DNA of 61,915 nucleotides, the filler included. It is 7 parts of 7 records of this genome, joined end to end, with 100 filler letters (N's around TTAATTAATTAA, not from the genome) between each part and the next. Parts side by side here need not be neighbours in the genome. Positions count along the whole stretch, not along the records: positions 1 to 5,639 come from SRR31147125_7169; positions 5,740 to 11,278 come from SRR31147125_7215; 5 more parts are not named here. One strand, given 5' to 3'. The number at the start of each line of letters is the position of its first letter. Position 1 is the stretch's first letter. The notes beneath the pieces were generated by a model. The model was not told where the DNA came from. It ran no database searches and worked only from the letters and a program-made list of their open reading frames with translations. A program made the translations under genes and the position numbers. This document shows, piece by piece, positions 1 through 9,687 of this stretch.

Positions 1-828
1 AAAAAAGCAGTTGCAATTATACTCGAAAATATTGACATCTTAAATACCTTTCAAAAGCTTGCTATCATAAAAGTAGAAGCTGGTTTGGTTTCGGTGGTCG
101 ATGAATACCGTATAGAGATGGAAATAAATGAACTGGAGAATCAGCTGGCTTTATTAAAAGACAAAGCAAAGGTTCTTGAGGTGCAATTTAAAAATCTGAT
201 AAACTCTACTGAAATCGGGAGCATAAAAATTCCTGAGAATCTATGGAGAAACGATTTTCCCTTGTCAAAGCAAGCAGCGCTCGATTCAGTCTCTGTATAT
301 AATCATCAACTTTTATCCATTGATTTTCAGCAAGCAGCACTTCAGTATAAAAGAGAAGTTGCACAGCGAAACGGAAAACCAAATATTAAGGTTGGATTTG
401 ACTATACATTTATCGGCAAAGGTGAAAATAATCTTGCTGGCAAAGATGCTTTTGTATTCCCAACAGTAGGGTTAACAATCCCGCTTTATCGGAATAAGTA
501 CAAAGCAATGGTGCAGGAAGTTATATACCTTGAATCTGCCAAAACATTCGAAAAAATCAATAAGAATAATCTATTGGAAACACTTTTTGAGAATGGGTGG
601 AAAGATTATCAGGATGCCAACAGGCGCACTGAACTTTACGAAAATCAGCTTGATTTAGCTTACAAATCCATTCGGATTTTGGAAACAGAATATACAACTG
701 GGAACAAAAACTTTGAAGAGATTTTAAGGATGGAGCGTAAAATTTTAAAATATCATTTGGAAAAAGAAAAATCAATCGCTGATAAACAAGCAGCCATTTC
801 ATTTCTCAATTATTTAATGGGCAAATAA
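1..828 (+). CDS. TolC-family outer-membrane efflux protein, 5'-truncated
   Basis: Frame open from base 1; OEP-type motifs (VGLTIPLYRNKY; ETEYTTGNKNFEEIL); directly upstream of an RND adaptor. Confidence 0.85.
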   Translation, partial: KKAVAIILENIDILNTFQKLAIIKVEAGLVSVVDEYRIEMEINELENQLALLKDKAKVLEVQFKNLINSTEIGSIKIPENLWRNDFPLSKQAALDSVSVYNHQLLSIDFQQAALQYKREVAQRNGKPNIKVGFDYTFIGKGENNLAGKDAFVFPTVGLTIPLYRNKYKAMVQEVIYLESAKTFEKINKNNLLETLFENGWKDYQDANRRTELYENQLDLAYKSIRILETEYTTGNKNFEEILRMERKILKYHLEKEKSIADKQAAISFLNYLMGK

Positions 829-838
829 CAATATTATC

Positions 839-2665
839 ATGAAAAATATAATAAAGAATATAAAGGAAAATCTAAAGTTAATAATCGGAACTTTAGTACT
901 TGGGATTCTATTGGGCTGGGTATTTTTTCACTCAGGCGGAACAAGTTCTACCAATCAAAACGGACAGGAAATAACTGGACACGAAGGTCATGACCATGAA
1001 TCGGAAGACCCTACAACATGGACTTGTTCAATGCATCCTCAAATTAAACAAGATAAAGAAGGAGATTGCCCGATTTGCGGAATGGATTTAATTCCATTAG
1101 CAGCAATGACAGCAGGTGGCGATGATGTAGACCCGAATGAAATTGTAATGACGGAATCCGCTGCTAAGTTGGCAGATATTCAGTCTTTAGTAGTTACTAC
1201 CGGAGCACCAAAAAAATCGGTGTATTTGCAAGGAAAGGTACATGCTGATGAACGAAATATTGCAGAACTAACGGCACGTTTTGGTGGACGGATTGAGAAG
1301 TTGTTTGTCAATTTCACAGGGCAGAATGTAAGTAAAGGAGAAAAGTTGGCAACCATCTATTCTCCTGGACTGGTAACAGCACAAAAAGAATTGCTTGAAG
1401 CCATTGCCTTGAAAGAATCGCGTCCATCACTTTATACCGCAGCAAAAGGAAAGTTAAAATTGTGGGATTTAACCGATGAACAAATTTCAGGAATTGAAGA
1501 AAAAGGAGAGCCGCAACTCTATTTCGATATTTTGTCGCCAATATCAGGAACAGTTACCATGCGACACGTTGCATTGGGCGACTATATTAAAGAAGGTGTT
1601 GCCTTATTCAAAGTTGTTGATTTAAGAAAGGTTTGGGTAATGTTTGATGCTTACGAAAGTGACCTGCCATGGATTAAACTGGGAGATAAGGTTGATTTTA
1701 CTATTCAGTCAATTCCAGGCAAAAACTTTTCAGCAAAAGTTAAATATATCGACCCATTTATTAACGGAAAAACGAGGGTTGCTAAAGTTCGCGTTGAGGT
1801 TGCAAATCCGAAATTATCACTGAAACCTGAAATGTTCTCGACCGGTTTACTGGAATCTAAAATTGCCGGAGAAAGTAATGCAATTCTAATTCCTAAATCA
1901 TCCATTTTATGGACAGGTAAACGAGCTGTGGTTTATGTAAAAGTTCAAAATCGTGAAACACCATCATATCTATTCCGCGAGGTGGTTTTAGGACCTGAAG
2001 CCGGAGCATTTTATGTTGTAGCCGAGGGATTGGAAGAAGGTGAAGAAATTGCAGTAAACGGTGTGTTTAAAATTGATGCCGCTGCGCAACTACAAGGTTT
2101 GCCAAGTATGATGAATCCCGATGGTGGTATTGTTTCTACTGGGCATAATCATGGAGGAGAGCCAATGTCTCAAAGTGAGATGAAAAAAATGGAAAAACCT
2201 GTTGTACGTGTAACTGTTAGCGCAGACTTTAAAAAACAATTGACCGAGGTTTACAATAAGTATCTGCTTATGAAAGATGCGTTTATTGCCTCGGATGCAC
2301 ATAAAGTTATGACAGCGGCAACAGATTTAGAAGGTGCTTTGAAGAAAGTTGATATGGGACTGTTAAAAGGCGATGCACACATGGCTTGGATGGAGTATTC
2401 AAAAGTGATTGAGAAATCGACAAGTTCAATTAGTAAGTTAATGGATATTGAAAAGCAAAGGAGTGAATTTGTGAAGTTCAATATTGCATTTTACAAATCC
2501 GTAAAAGCATTTGGATTAAACGATGTAACAGCTTATTACCAGTATTGCCCAATGGCAGACAAGGATAAAGGAGCATATTGGTTTAGCAATTCAGAAGAAA
2601 TTAAAAATCCGTATTTCGGAGATGCGATGTTAGGATGTGGAGAGAATAGAGAAACGATTAAGTAG
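839..2665 (+). CDS. CusB-type RND efflux periplasmic adaptor with heavy-metal-binding domain and C-terminal DUF3347-like domain
   Basis: N-terminal TM, His-rich linker, WTCSMHPQI..CPICGMDL motif, MFP core (ARFGGRIEKL, LKPEMF), C-terminal YCPMA..NPYFG..MLGCG. Confidence 0.9.
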   Translation: MKNIIKNIKENLKLIIGTLVLGILLGWVFFHSGGTSSTNQNGQEITGHEGHDHESEDPTTWTCSMHPQIKQDKEGDCPICGMDLIPLAAMTAGGDDVDPNEIVMTESAAKLADIQSLVVTTGAPKKSVYLQGKVHADERNIAELTARFGGRIEKLFVNFTGQNVSKGEKLATIYSPGLVTAQKELLEAIALKESRPSLYTAAKGKLKLWDLTDEQISGIEEKGEPQLYFDILSPISGTVTMRHVALGDYIKEGVALFKVVDLRKVWVMFDAYESDLPWIKLGDKVDFTIQSIPGKNFSAKVKYIDPFINGKTRVAKVRVEVANPKLSLKPEMFSTGLLESKIAGESNAILIPKSSILWTGKRAVVYVKVQNRETPSYLFREVVLGPEAGAFYVVAEGLEEGEEIAVNGVFKIDAAAQLQGLPSMMNPDGGIVSTGHNHGGEPMSQSEMKKMEKPVVRVTVSADFKKQLTEVYNKYLLMKDAFIASDAHKVMTAATDLEGALKKVDMGLLKGDAHMAWMEYSKVIEKSTSSISKLMDIEKQRSEFVKFNIAFYKSVKAFGLNDVTAYYQYCPMADKDKGAYWFSNSEEIKNPYFGDAMLGCGENRETIK

Positions 2666-2676
2666 TTGATTTGAAT

Positions 2677-2816
2677 TAGGGTTTTTGGGAGGAGCTTTTC
2701 CTCCCGCCCCTATACGCTGTTAAGAAATGAAGGAAATAGAAAGAAGTTTAATGTAGGTTTAGTTTGGGGATGGAGGAGTTAAAGGGTAAGGGAGGAAAGT
2801 TTCCTCCCGCCCTTTA
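2677..2816. repeat. Two related two-tier hairpins about 100 nt apart
   Basis: GGGAGGAgctttTCCTCCCGCCC at 2687-2709 and GGGAGGAAagtTTCCTCCCGCCC at 2790-2812, each with an outer AGGG/CCCT stem. Confidence 0.75.
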
Positions 2817-2835
2817 CAATAGTAATAAAATTATC

Positions 2836-3648
2836 ATGGCAGTTAAAATAAATATAAACAAGTTCATAAAGAACCAGGAAATACTGATTCATGCTGTTGT
2901 AGGGCTATTGGTTGGCTATTTTATATTACATCCAACAAGCATGGTAATTTACTGGTTCGAGTTAAATGATTCAGCATTTAGTTTTTCGAAATTAGGTGAT
3001 GTGTTCGTCGAAAGTTTTGCCCATGCTTTTAGTTTACACATGATGCCAATGTCTATAGCTTTTTCAGTATTGGGAGTAATAATCGGTTTGGTTTTCGGAT
3101 TCTATTACAGGTCAATAAAACTAAATCAAAAAATTCTGCAGGTAAAAGGGCAACTCCTCAATCAAAACATAAGCACTTTAATTTCTAACGGAGAAACTGA
3201 ATTTGTTGAATTTAAATCTTCATTGCGGTATGATTACCGGCAAGTAAGAACCGACAAAAATTTAGAACATGTTATTTTAAAATCACTCGCTGGTTTTTTA
3301 AATGCCAAAGGAGGCACATTAATAATAGGTGTTGATGACTATGGTGAAATACTTGGTCTTGAAAACGATTATTGGACATTAAAGAAAAAGAACAAAGATG
3401 GTTTCCAACAGCGATTAGTAACACTTATTGCAAATGAATTTGGAAAAGATATTTGCCCAAAAATTCATATAGGATTCCATCAGATTGAACGAAACGAAAT
3501 ATGTTCAATATTGGTAGAACCTACCTCTCGACCAGTTTATTTTAATGAAGGAAACAGAACTATTTTCTTTCTACGAACCGGAAATGTAACCAATCCGCTT
3601 ACAACAAGCGAAGCGGTTAAATATTTACAAGCGAAACAATTACATTAA
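2836..3648 (+). CDS. Membrane-anchored Schlafen/AlbA_2-domain protein
   Basis: Two hydrophobic segments, then GETEFVEFKSS and LAGFLNAKGGTLIIGVDD; ATG 2836 preferred over the TTG at 2764 because that extension runs through the hairpin. Confidence 0.85.
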   Translation: MAVKININKFIKNQEILIHAVVGLLVGYFILHPTSMVIYWFELNDSAFSFSKLGDVFVESFAHAFSLHMMPMSIAFSVLGVIIGLVFGFYYRSIKLNQKILQVKGQLLNQNISTLISNGETEFVEFKSSLRYDYRQVRTDKNLEHVILKSLAGFLNAKGGTLIIGVDDYGEILGLENDYWTLKKKNKDGFQQRLVTLIANEFGKDICPKIHIGFHQIERNEICSILVEPTSRPVYFNEGNRTIFFLRTGNVTNPLTTSEAVKYLQAKQLH

Positions 3649-3659
3649 AACAGGAAATC

Positions 3660-4196
3660 ATGAAAACAATAACGCTTTTTCTTAGCCTTACTTTATTGAT
3701 ATCCTTCCAAAGCTATTCTCAGTTAGAATTTGAAGGAGTAATAAAGTCTAATTTTAAAACCATACAATTGGATGATGGGGAAATTAAGTACTACAATTTC
3801 AACAACAAATCTCAGGAGATAAAACTCTACAACCTTGATAATTCTTTGTGGAAAACAATTCAGCTCTCTCTCGATAAAAATCATTTTTTTGAGGAAGTAC
3901 TGATGGTTTCACAGAGTACCATTAATCCAGATGCGAATTTTGAAATTGTTTATACATGCTTAAAATACGGAATTAGTTCAATAGAAGAAGACCCTGAGTC
4001 TTATGAAAATAGGATTGAATTTACACTAAATATTATAAACGAAAGTGGTCAAAAATTACTTTCCGTTCCTAATAGTCAATCTTTTAATCTCACCTCTTCA
4101 AATGGGAAAAATAAACTGCTGATTTATAAAAATATTGGAAGAGGCTTCCTTGATGATAATGAGACATTGGTTTACGCTTTACCGAATAAGAAGTAG
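3660..4196 (+). CDS. Secreted hypothetical protein
   Basis: 178-aa ORF with signal peptide MKTITLFLSLTLLISFQSYSQ; operonic spacing. Confidence 0.7.
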   Translation: MKTITLFLSLTLLISFQSYSQLEFEGVIKSNFKTIQLDDGEIKYYNFNNKSQEIKLYNLDNSLWKTIQLSLDKNHFFEEVLMVSQSTINPDANFEIVYTCLKYGISSIEEDPESYENRIEFTLNIINESGQKLLSVPNSQSFNLTSSNGKNKLLIYKNIGRGFLDDNETLVYALPNKK

Positions 4197-4199
4197 GTC

Positions 4200-4514
4200 A
4201 TGGAAGATTATTTAGAATATAAAACATATCGGATTCAAGAAAAGATTACTGAAGAAAAAGTAAACGAGTTACTTGAAAAATATGACGACACACTAGGGAT
4301 TGAAAAAGTCAAATGTGCAGGACAAACGATTTCTTTCATTTTCAATCCCTATGCAATTGGTGAAAAACAGATTATTGAATGGTTGTTTTTGTTCGGACTT
4401 ACTGTAAAAGTACCCAATCCCAAATCTTTTAAAAGTAGGATTGCAAAACTTGCTCGTGAAAACAAAGAAACTCTGGGAGGCGAACGACTGGATTGTTGCG
4501 ACATAAACAACTAG
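4200..4514 (+). CDS. Small heavy-metal-associated-like protein
   Basis: 104 aa, C-terminal LDCC motif, metal-efflux context. Confidence 0.55.
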   Translation: MEDYLEYKTYRIQEKITEEKVNELLEKYDDTLGIEKVKCAGQTISFIFNPYAIGEKQIIEWLFLFGLTVKVPNPKSFKSRIAKLARENKETLGGERLDCCDINN

Positions 4515-4520
4515 AAGATA

Positions 4521-4720
4521 GTGATTATCAAGACCATAATAATAAAAATTGTTTTGGTTGCCATCGTTATGATAGCACTCGGAGAGAAGCTTCTTTTTAA
4601 CAAGAAAGCTGAATTTATAACTCACTCCTGTGTCCTTGATAGTAATGACAAACTAGAAAAGGATGAACGTGTGCTAAATGTGATTAGAGAGATTTAGTGA
4701 AGTGCCCCAATAACTTTTGA
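4521..4720 (+). pseudogene. Possible degraded small Cys-containing membrane protein
   Basis: GTG ORF 4521-4697 with one TM and HSC; a shifted frame reads CAKCD*RDLVKCP. Confidence 0.35.
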
Positions 4721-4744
4721 ATGTAAACAATAAAATTATTAATC

Positions 4745-5639
4745 ATGGAAAACAGGAATAACAGAGACTCAAAAAACAGTCACAAACACATCATTTCGGA
4801 TAAAACGGAATCTGTTTCTTCTTGCTGTAGTGGTAATAAACAAGTGAATCAGAAGGTGGCTTCAAATGAGAAAGAGGTTTATTTATGTCCAATGAAGTGC
4901 GAAGGAAATAAAACATACGATAAACCCGGAAGTTGCCCTGTTTGTAATATGCATCTGGTTTCCAAATTGGAAAGCAGCTCCACAAAGGATATTGAACATA
5001 AACACATTCAAAATAAAAAACATCAGGGAGAAAATCACCATCAAAAAACAGAAGCTGGAAACTACTATTGTCCCATGCATTGCGAGGGAGATAAAGTATA
5101 TCATACGCCAGGTGACTGTCCGGCATGTGGAATGCACCTTGTAAAAGAGCATGTAATTAAAAGTTCAGGAACAATCTATACTTGTCCAATGCATCCTGAA
5201 ATAAAACATGATAAACCGGGAGTTTGCCCAAAATGTGGGATGGACTTAGTTCCTGAAAAAGGAGAGACGGATAGCGAAGAATTGTTGGCGTATAAAAAAA
5301 TGAAAAAGAAATTCTGGATTGCACTGTCTTTTAGTATTCCGGTATTTGTAATTGCCATGTCCGAATTCTTTAGCTTTTTAAATCTCGAAAATATTGCTTC
5401 CGCCAAAACCTGGGGTTGGATTGAATTTATCCTAGCCACGCCTGTAGTATTTTATAGTAGTAGAGAATTCTTCAAACGCGGTTGGAATTCTGTTCTCCGA
5501 CGTTCACCAAATATGTGGACACTTATTTCAATTGGTGTTGGTGCAGCCTATCTTTTTAGTGTGTTTGCCCTTTTGCTTCCATCAGCTTTTCCAACACAGT
5601 TTAAAGATGGTAGCGGTAATGTGCATCTCTATTTCGAAG
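4745..5639 (+). CDS. copA: Copper-translocating P1B-type ATPase, 3'-truncated
   Basis: Three CPMxx..CPxCxMxL metal-binding repeats, TM helices, NMWTLISIG and HLYFE motifs. Confidence 0.85.
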
Positions 5640-5739
5640 NNNNNNNNNNNNNNNNNNNNNNNNNNNNNNNNNNNNNNNNNNNNTTAATTAATTAANNNNN
5701 NNNNNNNNNNNNNNNNNNNNNNNNNNNNNNNNNNNNNNN
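5640..5739. other. Artificial contig linker
   Basis: N44-TTAATTAATTAA-N44 (stops in all six frames). Confidence 0.98.
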
Positions 5740-5891
5740 AAATGGAATATATACAGCTCTATTTACAAAGATTATTGCTGCTGACATCGGTACATCTCGA
5801 CATTCAACACTCTAATAAAGACTATGTATTCCATCAAAATATCTCAAACATGTTTATCAACTCGTTATAAATAGCAGCTTGTAAATTAACA

Positions 5892-6269
5892 CTAAATATC
5901 ACTAAACATCGGATTTTCCCCATACCTATTATCTTCTAATTCACCGTCTTTCACCCAAAACACTATCAAAATCGGCAGCCCAAGCAATGGTATAACCAAA
6001 AGCAAAACCCACAAACCACTATACCCAATATCATGTAACCTTCTGCAACATGCTGTTAATGAAAGAAACTGAAACAACACCATAGCAATATCAGGGTAAA
6101 AGTAACGAGCCCTAAAATTATCTGCCATATTATAAGCAACTATAAAAGCAATAATACCGAGTAGTAAATTCCCAAAAACAATAACCCAGAACTCCGACCT
6201 GTCTGATCTTCCCTTGAAAACATGGACTTTCTTAAGGCCATTTATATAACATGCTAATACCTGATTCAT
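5892..6269 (-). CDS. DUF805 (YhaH/YhaI-like) membrane protein, copy 4
   Basis: FKGRSDRSEFW, RRLHDIGYSG, NRYGENP. Confidence 0.9.
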   Translation of the reverse strand: MNQVLACYINGLKKVHVFKGRSDRSEFWVIVFGNLLLGIIAFIVAYNMADNFRARYFYPDIAMVLFQFLSLTACCRRLHDIGYSGLWVLLLVIPLLGLPILIVFWVKDGELEDNRYGENPMFSDI

Positions 6270-6320
6270 TAGTACTCCCCCGGCTACCTCTATATAAAAA
6301 ATACTTATACTATGCTGATA

Positions 6321-6677
6321 TCAATACGTATTATCGACAATCTTACCTTTTCTAATCCAAAAGAACAATAAGACAAAATAACCATAATATGGCGCCAACC
6401 CTATCAGCATCCACCAACCACTCCTACCTACATCATGCAGCCTCCGCACCGATACAGCTAGATTTAAAAGAAAGCATACAGCATATACTATTAACTGCAT
6501 AAATGCTATTTTATCCGGATCATAATACATCGAATGCGTAGAAAGAACAATGCTCAACAATACAGATATCAGCATATTAATTATATAAAACGGCCAGAAT
6601 TCCATGCGGCGAGCTCTCCCGTCAAATGTACAGATCCTACTCCAAGTCTTAATATAATAATACCACATCATACCCAT
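6321..6677 (-). CDS. DUF805 membrane protein, copy 3 (lacks terminal GxNP)
   Basis: FDGRARRMEFW, RRLHDVGRSGWW; start probably ATG 6677, 6671 or 6668 by comparison with paralogues. Confidence 0.88.
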   Translation of the reverse strand: MGMMWYYYIKTWSRICTFDGRARRMEFWPFYIINMLISVLLSIVLSTHSMYYDPDKIAFMQLIVYAVCFLLNLAVSVRRLHDVGRSGWWMLIGLAPYYGYFVLLFFWIRKGKIVDNTY

Positions 6678-7026
6678 AACATCACAATCCAAACATAACA
6701 AATAATAAACACAAAAAGCTCTAAATTTAATTATATTATATAAAACACATAAAATATTGCTATTCATTTTCAAAATATTTTATTGACGTTATTCTCATTA
6801 AAGCACTTTTGATAATCTATATTAGGTAAACTCAGATAAAGATAACCGAAATTTTAAGACAGCAATACATTGTTGTTTGATTATCACCTCATCATCCCTG
6901 CAAGATCAACCGCTTTATTGTCTTTTACCGCTAATCCTAATTTATTGAATTATTGACATTACAACAGATTATTAAACTACCTGCCATATCAAGACATATT
7001 CACTACACCAGACAAAACCCGATAAT

Positions 7027-7060
7027 AAAAAAAAATACTGCCTCAGTCAACGGCAGTATT
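7027..7060 (-). terminator. Intrinsic terminator after DUF805 copy 2
   Basis: AATACTGCC/GGCAGTATT stem followed by a long T run on the minus strand. Confidence 0.75.
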
Positions 7061-7093
7061 ACAATTACTATATCAAACAATCAAAGTTAATGA

Positions 7094-7474
7094 TTAAGCT
7101 TTTGGGTTTTCTCCATATTCATTATCCATCTTCTCACCGGAACATATATAAAAATATAACAAGATAAAGACCCCTACTATCGGCACGAAAGAGATAAACA
7201 ACCACCAGCCACTCCTACCAATATCATGAAGGCGTCTTATGGAAATGCTCAGCGACACACCGAAAATGAGTATGTTGAGAATATTCGATACATGACCAAA
7301 ATACATATATCCTGTTGGCATTTTATTTACTAGATAGAATACACCAAAAGATAAAAAACCAAGAACAAATATATTAAAAAATGCAAATGACCAAAACTCC
7401 TTGCGACGTGCTCTGCCTTTAAAGTCAAATAGCTTTCCCCAGGCCTGCGAATAATACTTTAAACACTCATCCAT
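7094..7474 (-). CDS. DUF805 membrane protein, copy 2
   Basis: FKGRARRKEFW, RRLHDIGRSGWW, NEYGENP. Confidence 0.9.
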   Translation of the reverse strand: MDECLKYYSQAWGKLFDFKGRARRKEFWSFAFFNIFVLGFLSFGVFYLVNKMPTGYMYFGHVSNILNILIFGVSLSISIRRLHDIGRSGWWLFISFVPIVGVFILLYFYICSGEKMDNEYGENPKA

Positions 7475-7589
7475 GAAAATACTCCTGCATTAAAAAAATA
7501 ACCACCATTTAAAAACCACAAGTACTTCCTTGCAATCATATATAAAGTATACCATAATCGAATAGTTATTCAAGAATTAATTGTCAGAA

Positions 7590-7961
7590 TTACTCTTTCG
7601 GATTTGCTCCATATCTATTACTTCCCGGCTTGCTATCCAGCAAAGAGAAGATAAAGAGCACTAACCAACCAAGAACAGGCACAAAACAGAGCAGCAACCA
7701 CCAGCCACTTCTACCTATATCATGCAGTCTACGCACAGTTATTCCGAGCGACAATACTCCCAAAACTATAGAAACAATATTTGACATATGATCATACTGG
7801 CGACCTGTCAGAAAAATATAGAAGAAGAATAAGAGCAATATATTCAGCACACTATTTATAAGCACAAATGACCAGTACTCGGCTCGCCTTGCTCTGCCAG
7901 CAAATACAAATAATCTTCCCCATGCTTCCTTGTAATAGTTGAAAAACTCATTCATAATCAT
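7590..7961 (-). CDS. DUF805 membrane protein, copy 1
   Basis: FAGRARRAEYW, RRLHDIGRSGWW, NRYGANP. Confidence 0.9.
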   Translation of the reverse strand: MIMNEFFNYYKEAWGRLFVFAGRARRAEYWSFVLINSVLNILLLFFFYIFLTGRQYDHMSNIVSIVLGVLSLGITVRRLHDIGRSGWWLLLCFVPVLGWLVLFIFSLLDSKPGSNRYGANPKE

Positions 7962-8020
7962 TCCCCTGAAATAACCGGCTTTATTAATATTAAAGACTAC
8001 ACGTCATTCTCATTCAGAAT

Positions 8021-8800
8021 TTATTTATGTTCAAGAATACTGAGAATAAGATTGATCTCAGCTATAGAAAGACGGGTCTTGCCTGCAATTTCTCGTACTT
8101 CTCTGCCTTCCTTGTGCATACGAGCTACCTTTGCCTGTACCGTCTCCTGCCAGCTTCCAGATTCACTACTCATCACCATAGAATCATCACTCAACTCATC
8201 TGGTGACGCCACGTTTTTGTCCATATCCAGCGAGTCATTATTCTGAGCATCATCTGTATAAGCCGACAAACTTATTATCTCTTCAGGCTGTTGTGGTTTG
8301 AGTGGTTCAGCTCCGATATCAGACTGCAATATTGGCTCTGGAGTCTTCTCGCTCTGCGTTGCACCAGTGTCATTTACCGTCTTATTATCTATAGTAGTAA
8401 CGACTTCAGCCGACTTGCTCTGCATATTACTCATCGCAGTTAAATCAATCTTTTCAGCTCTCTCCACCAGCTTCTCATACCTGCTGACAACCTCTTCAGA
8501 ATCACGTATAAGTTTATTGAGCACTCTTATTTTTACATCAACCTGCGCACTTATTTCCCGACTCATCTCTGCCAGATCAACCAGAATCTTATCTGCTTGA
8601 CTCCTGATATTCGGCGCATTCTGGATATTTCTGGTCTCCTGCTGCTGCAGAGCAATTCTTTCTCTTCTGATTTTCCTGATAATCCGGGGCATAAGAGCCA
8701 TAACCACCAGCACCACAGCAAACGCAATAATGCCCCAGCCGATGCCGCCACTCTCACCCTCAACAGAGTCTGAAAAGATAAATCCCAGCTGCCAGAGCAT
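8021..8800 (-). CDS. Membrane-anchored coiled-coil protein with C-terminal HTH-like module
   Basis: One TM, coiled coil, acidic linker, terminal EGREVREIAGKTRLSIAEINLIL; starts 2 nt after the parB stop. Confidence 0.7.
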   Translation of the reverse strand: MLWQLGFIFSDSVEGESGGIGWGIIAFAVVLVVMALMPRIIRKIRRERIALQQQETRNIQNAPNIRSQADKILVDLAEMSREISAQVDVKIRVLNKLIRDSEEVVSRYEKLVERAEKIDLTAMSNMQSKSAEVVTTIDNKTVNDTGATQSEKTPEPILQSDIGAEPLKPQQPEEIISLSAYTDDAQNNDSLDMDKNVASPDELSDDSMVMSSESGSWQETVQAKVARMHKEGREVREIAGKTRLSIAEINLILSILEHK

Positions 8801-8802
8801 TC

Positions 8803-9687
8803 TTAATCATCCCCGCTGATACCGAGTTTTTCCAGAATACCAGCAATTTCATCCAATGAATTATACTTGATCTGAATAGACCCTTTACCGGCTTTATCAT
8901 TGATATTGACCTTTGCACCGAAATGAGAGCAAAGCTTCTCTTCAATACTGAGAATATTTCTATCCCGCTCTCTCGGAGTCTTTGGTGAAGATAGTTTCGG
9001 CGATGATTTCCGCTTGACCAGTTGTTCCAGATCCTGCACAGATATCTTCTCCTCGACAACCCTCTTTGCCAGATCTATCTGCGAGAGAGCATCACTCAGC
9101 CCGAGCAGAGTCCTGCCGTGTGCTGCTGATATCTCCTCCTCCGCAATCATATTCTTTATTTCCAGCGGCAGATTGAGCAGACGAAGAGTATTCGTGACCT
9201 TGGCTCTGCTTATCCCCAGTTTATCACCAATATTATTATGGGTAAGTCCTTCTTCCTGCTGCAGCAACTCATAAGCCACAGCTGTCTCGATAGCATTGAG
9301 GTCATCACGCTGCAGGTTCTCAACCAGCGCCAGCTCACGCATTTTATTGTCATTCGCTTCCAGCAGACATACAGGAGCTTTTGACCACTCCAGAATTGTC
9401 AGAGCACGCAATCTTCTCTCACCAGCTATCAGCTCATAAGTACCCGCTTTAGCCCCTGTTCTGACAACCAGTGGCTGCACCAGCCCCTGCTCACGGATAG
9501 AGTCAGCCAGCTCGAGCAATTTATCCTGATTGAAATGACTTCTAGGCTGCCACTTTGAAGCTTTGATACTGCCTAGATCTACCTGTATAATCCCACTCTC
9601 ATCTTTAGTGAGAGATTCTTTCTTTTCTTTTTTATCACCTTGTGGGATCAATCCACTAAGTCCTCTTCCGAGCGCTTTTCTTGCCAT
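8803..9687 (-). CDS. parB: ParB/Spo0J partition protein
   Basis: KALGRGL N-terminus, QPR, GERRLRA, ENLQRDDL, HTH. Confidence 0.95.
   Translation of the reverse strand: MARKALGRGLSGLIPQGDKKEKKESLTKDESGIIQVDLGSIKASKWQPRSHFNQDKLLELADSIREQGLVQPLVVRTGAKAGTYELIAGERRLRALTILEWSKAPVCLLEANDNKMRELALVENLQRDDLNAIETAVAYELLQQEEGLTHNNIGDKLGISRAKVTNTLRLLNLPLEIKNMIAEEEISAAHGRTLLGLSDALSQIDLAKRVVEEKISVQDLEQLVKRKSSPKLSSPKTPRERDRNILSIEEKLCSHFGAKVNINDKAGKGSIQIKYNSLDEIAGILEKLGISGDD

Noticed and set aside
2764-2835. N-terminal extension of the AlbA_2 ORF from TTG 2764
   Set aside because: It runs through the hairpin repeat; ATG 2836 is more plausible.
5684-5695. Recurring TTAATTAATTAA motif as a biological repeat
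   Set aside because: Always centred in N runs; it is a synthetic six-frame-stop linker.
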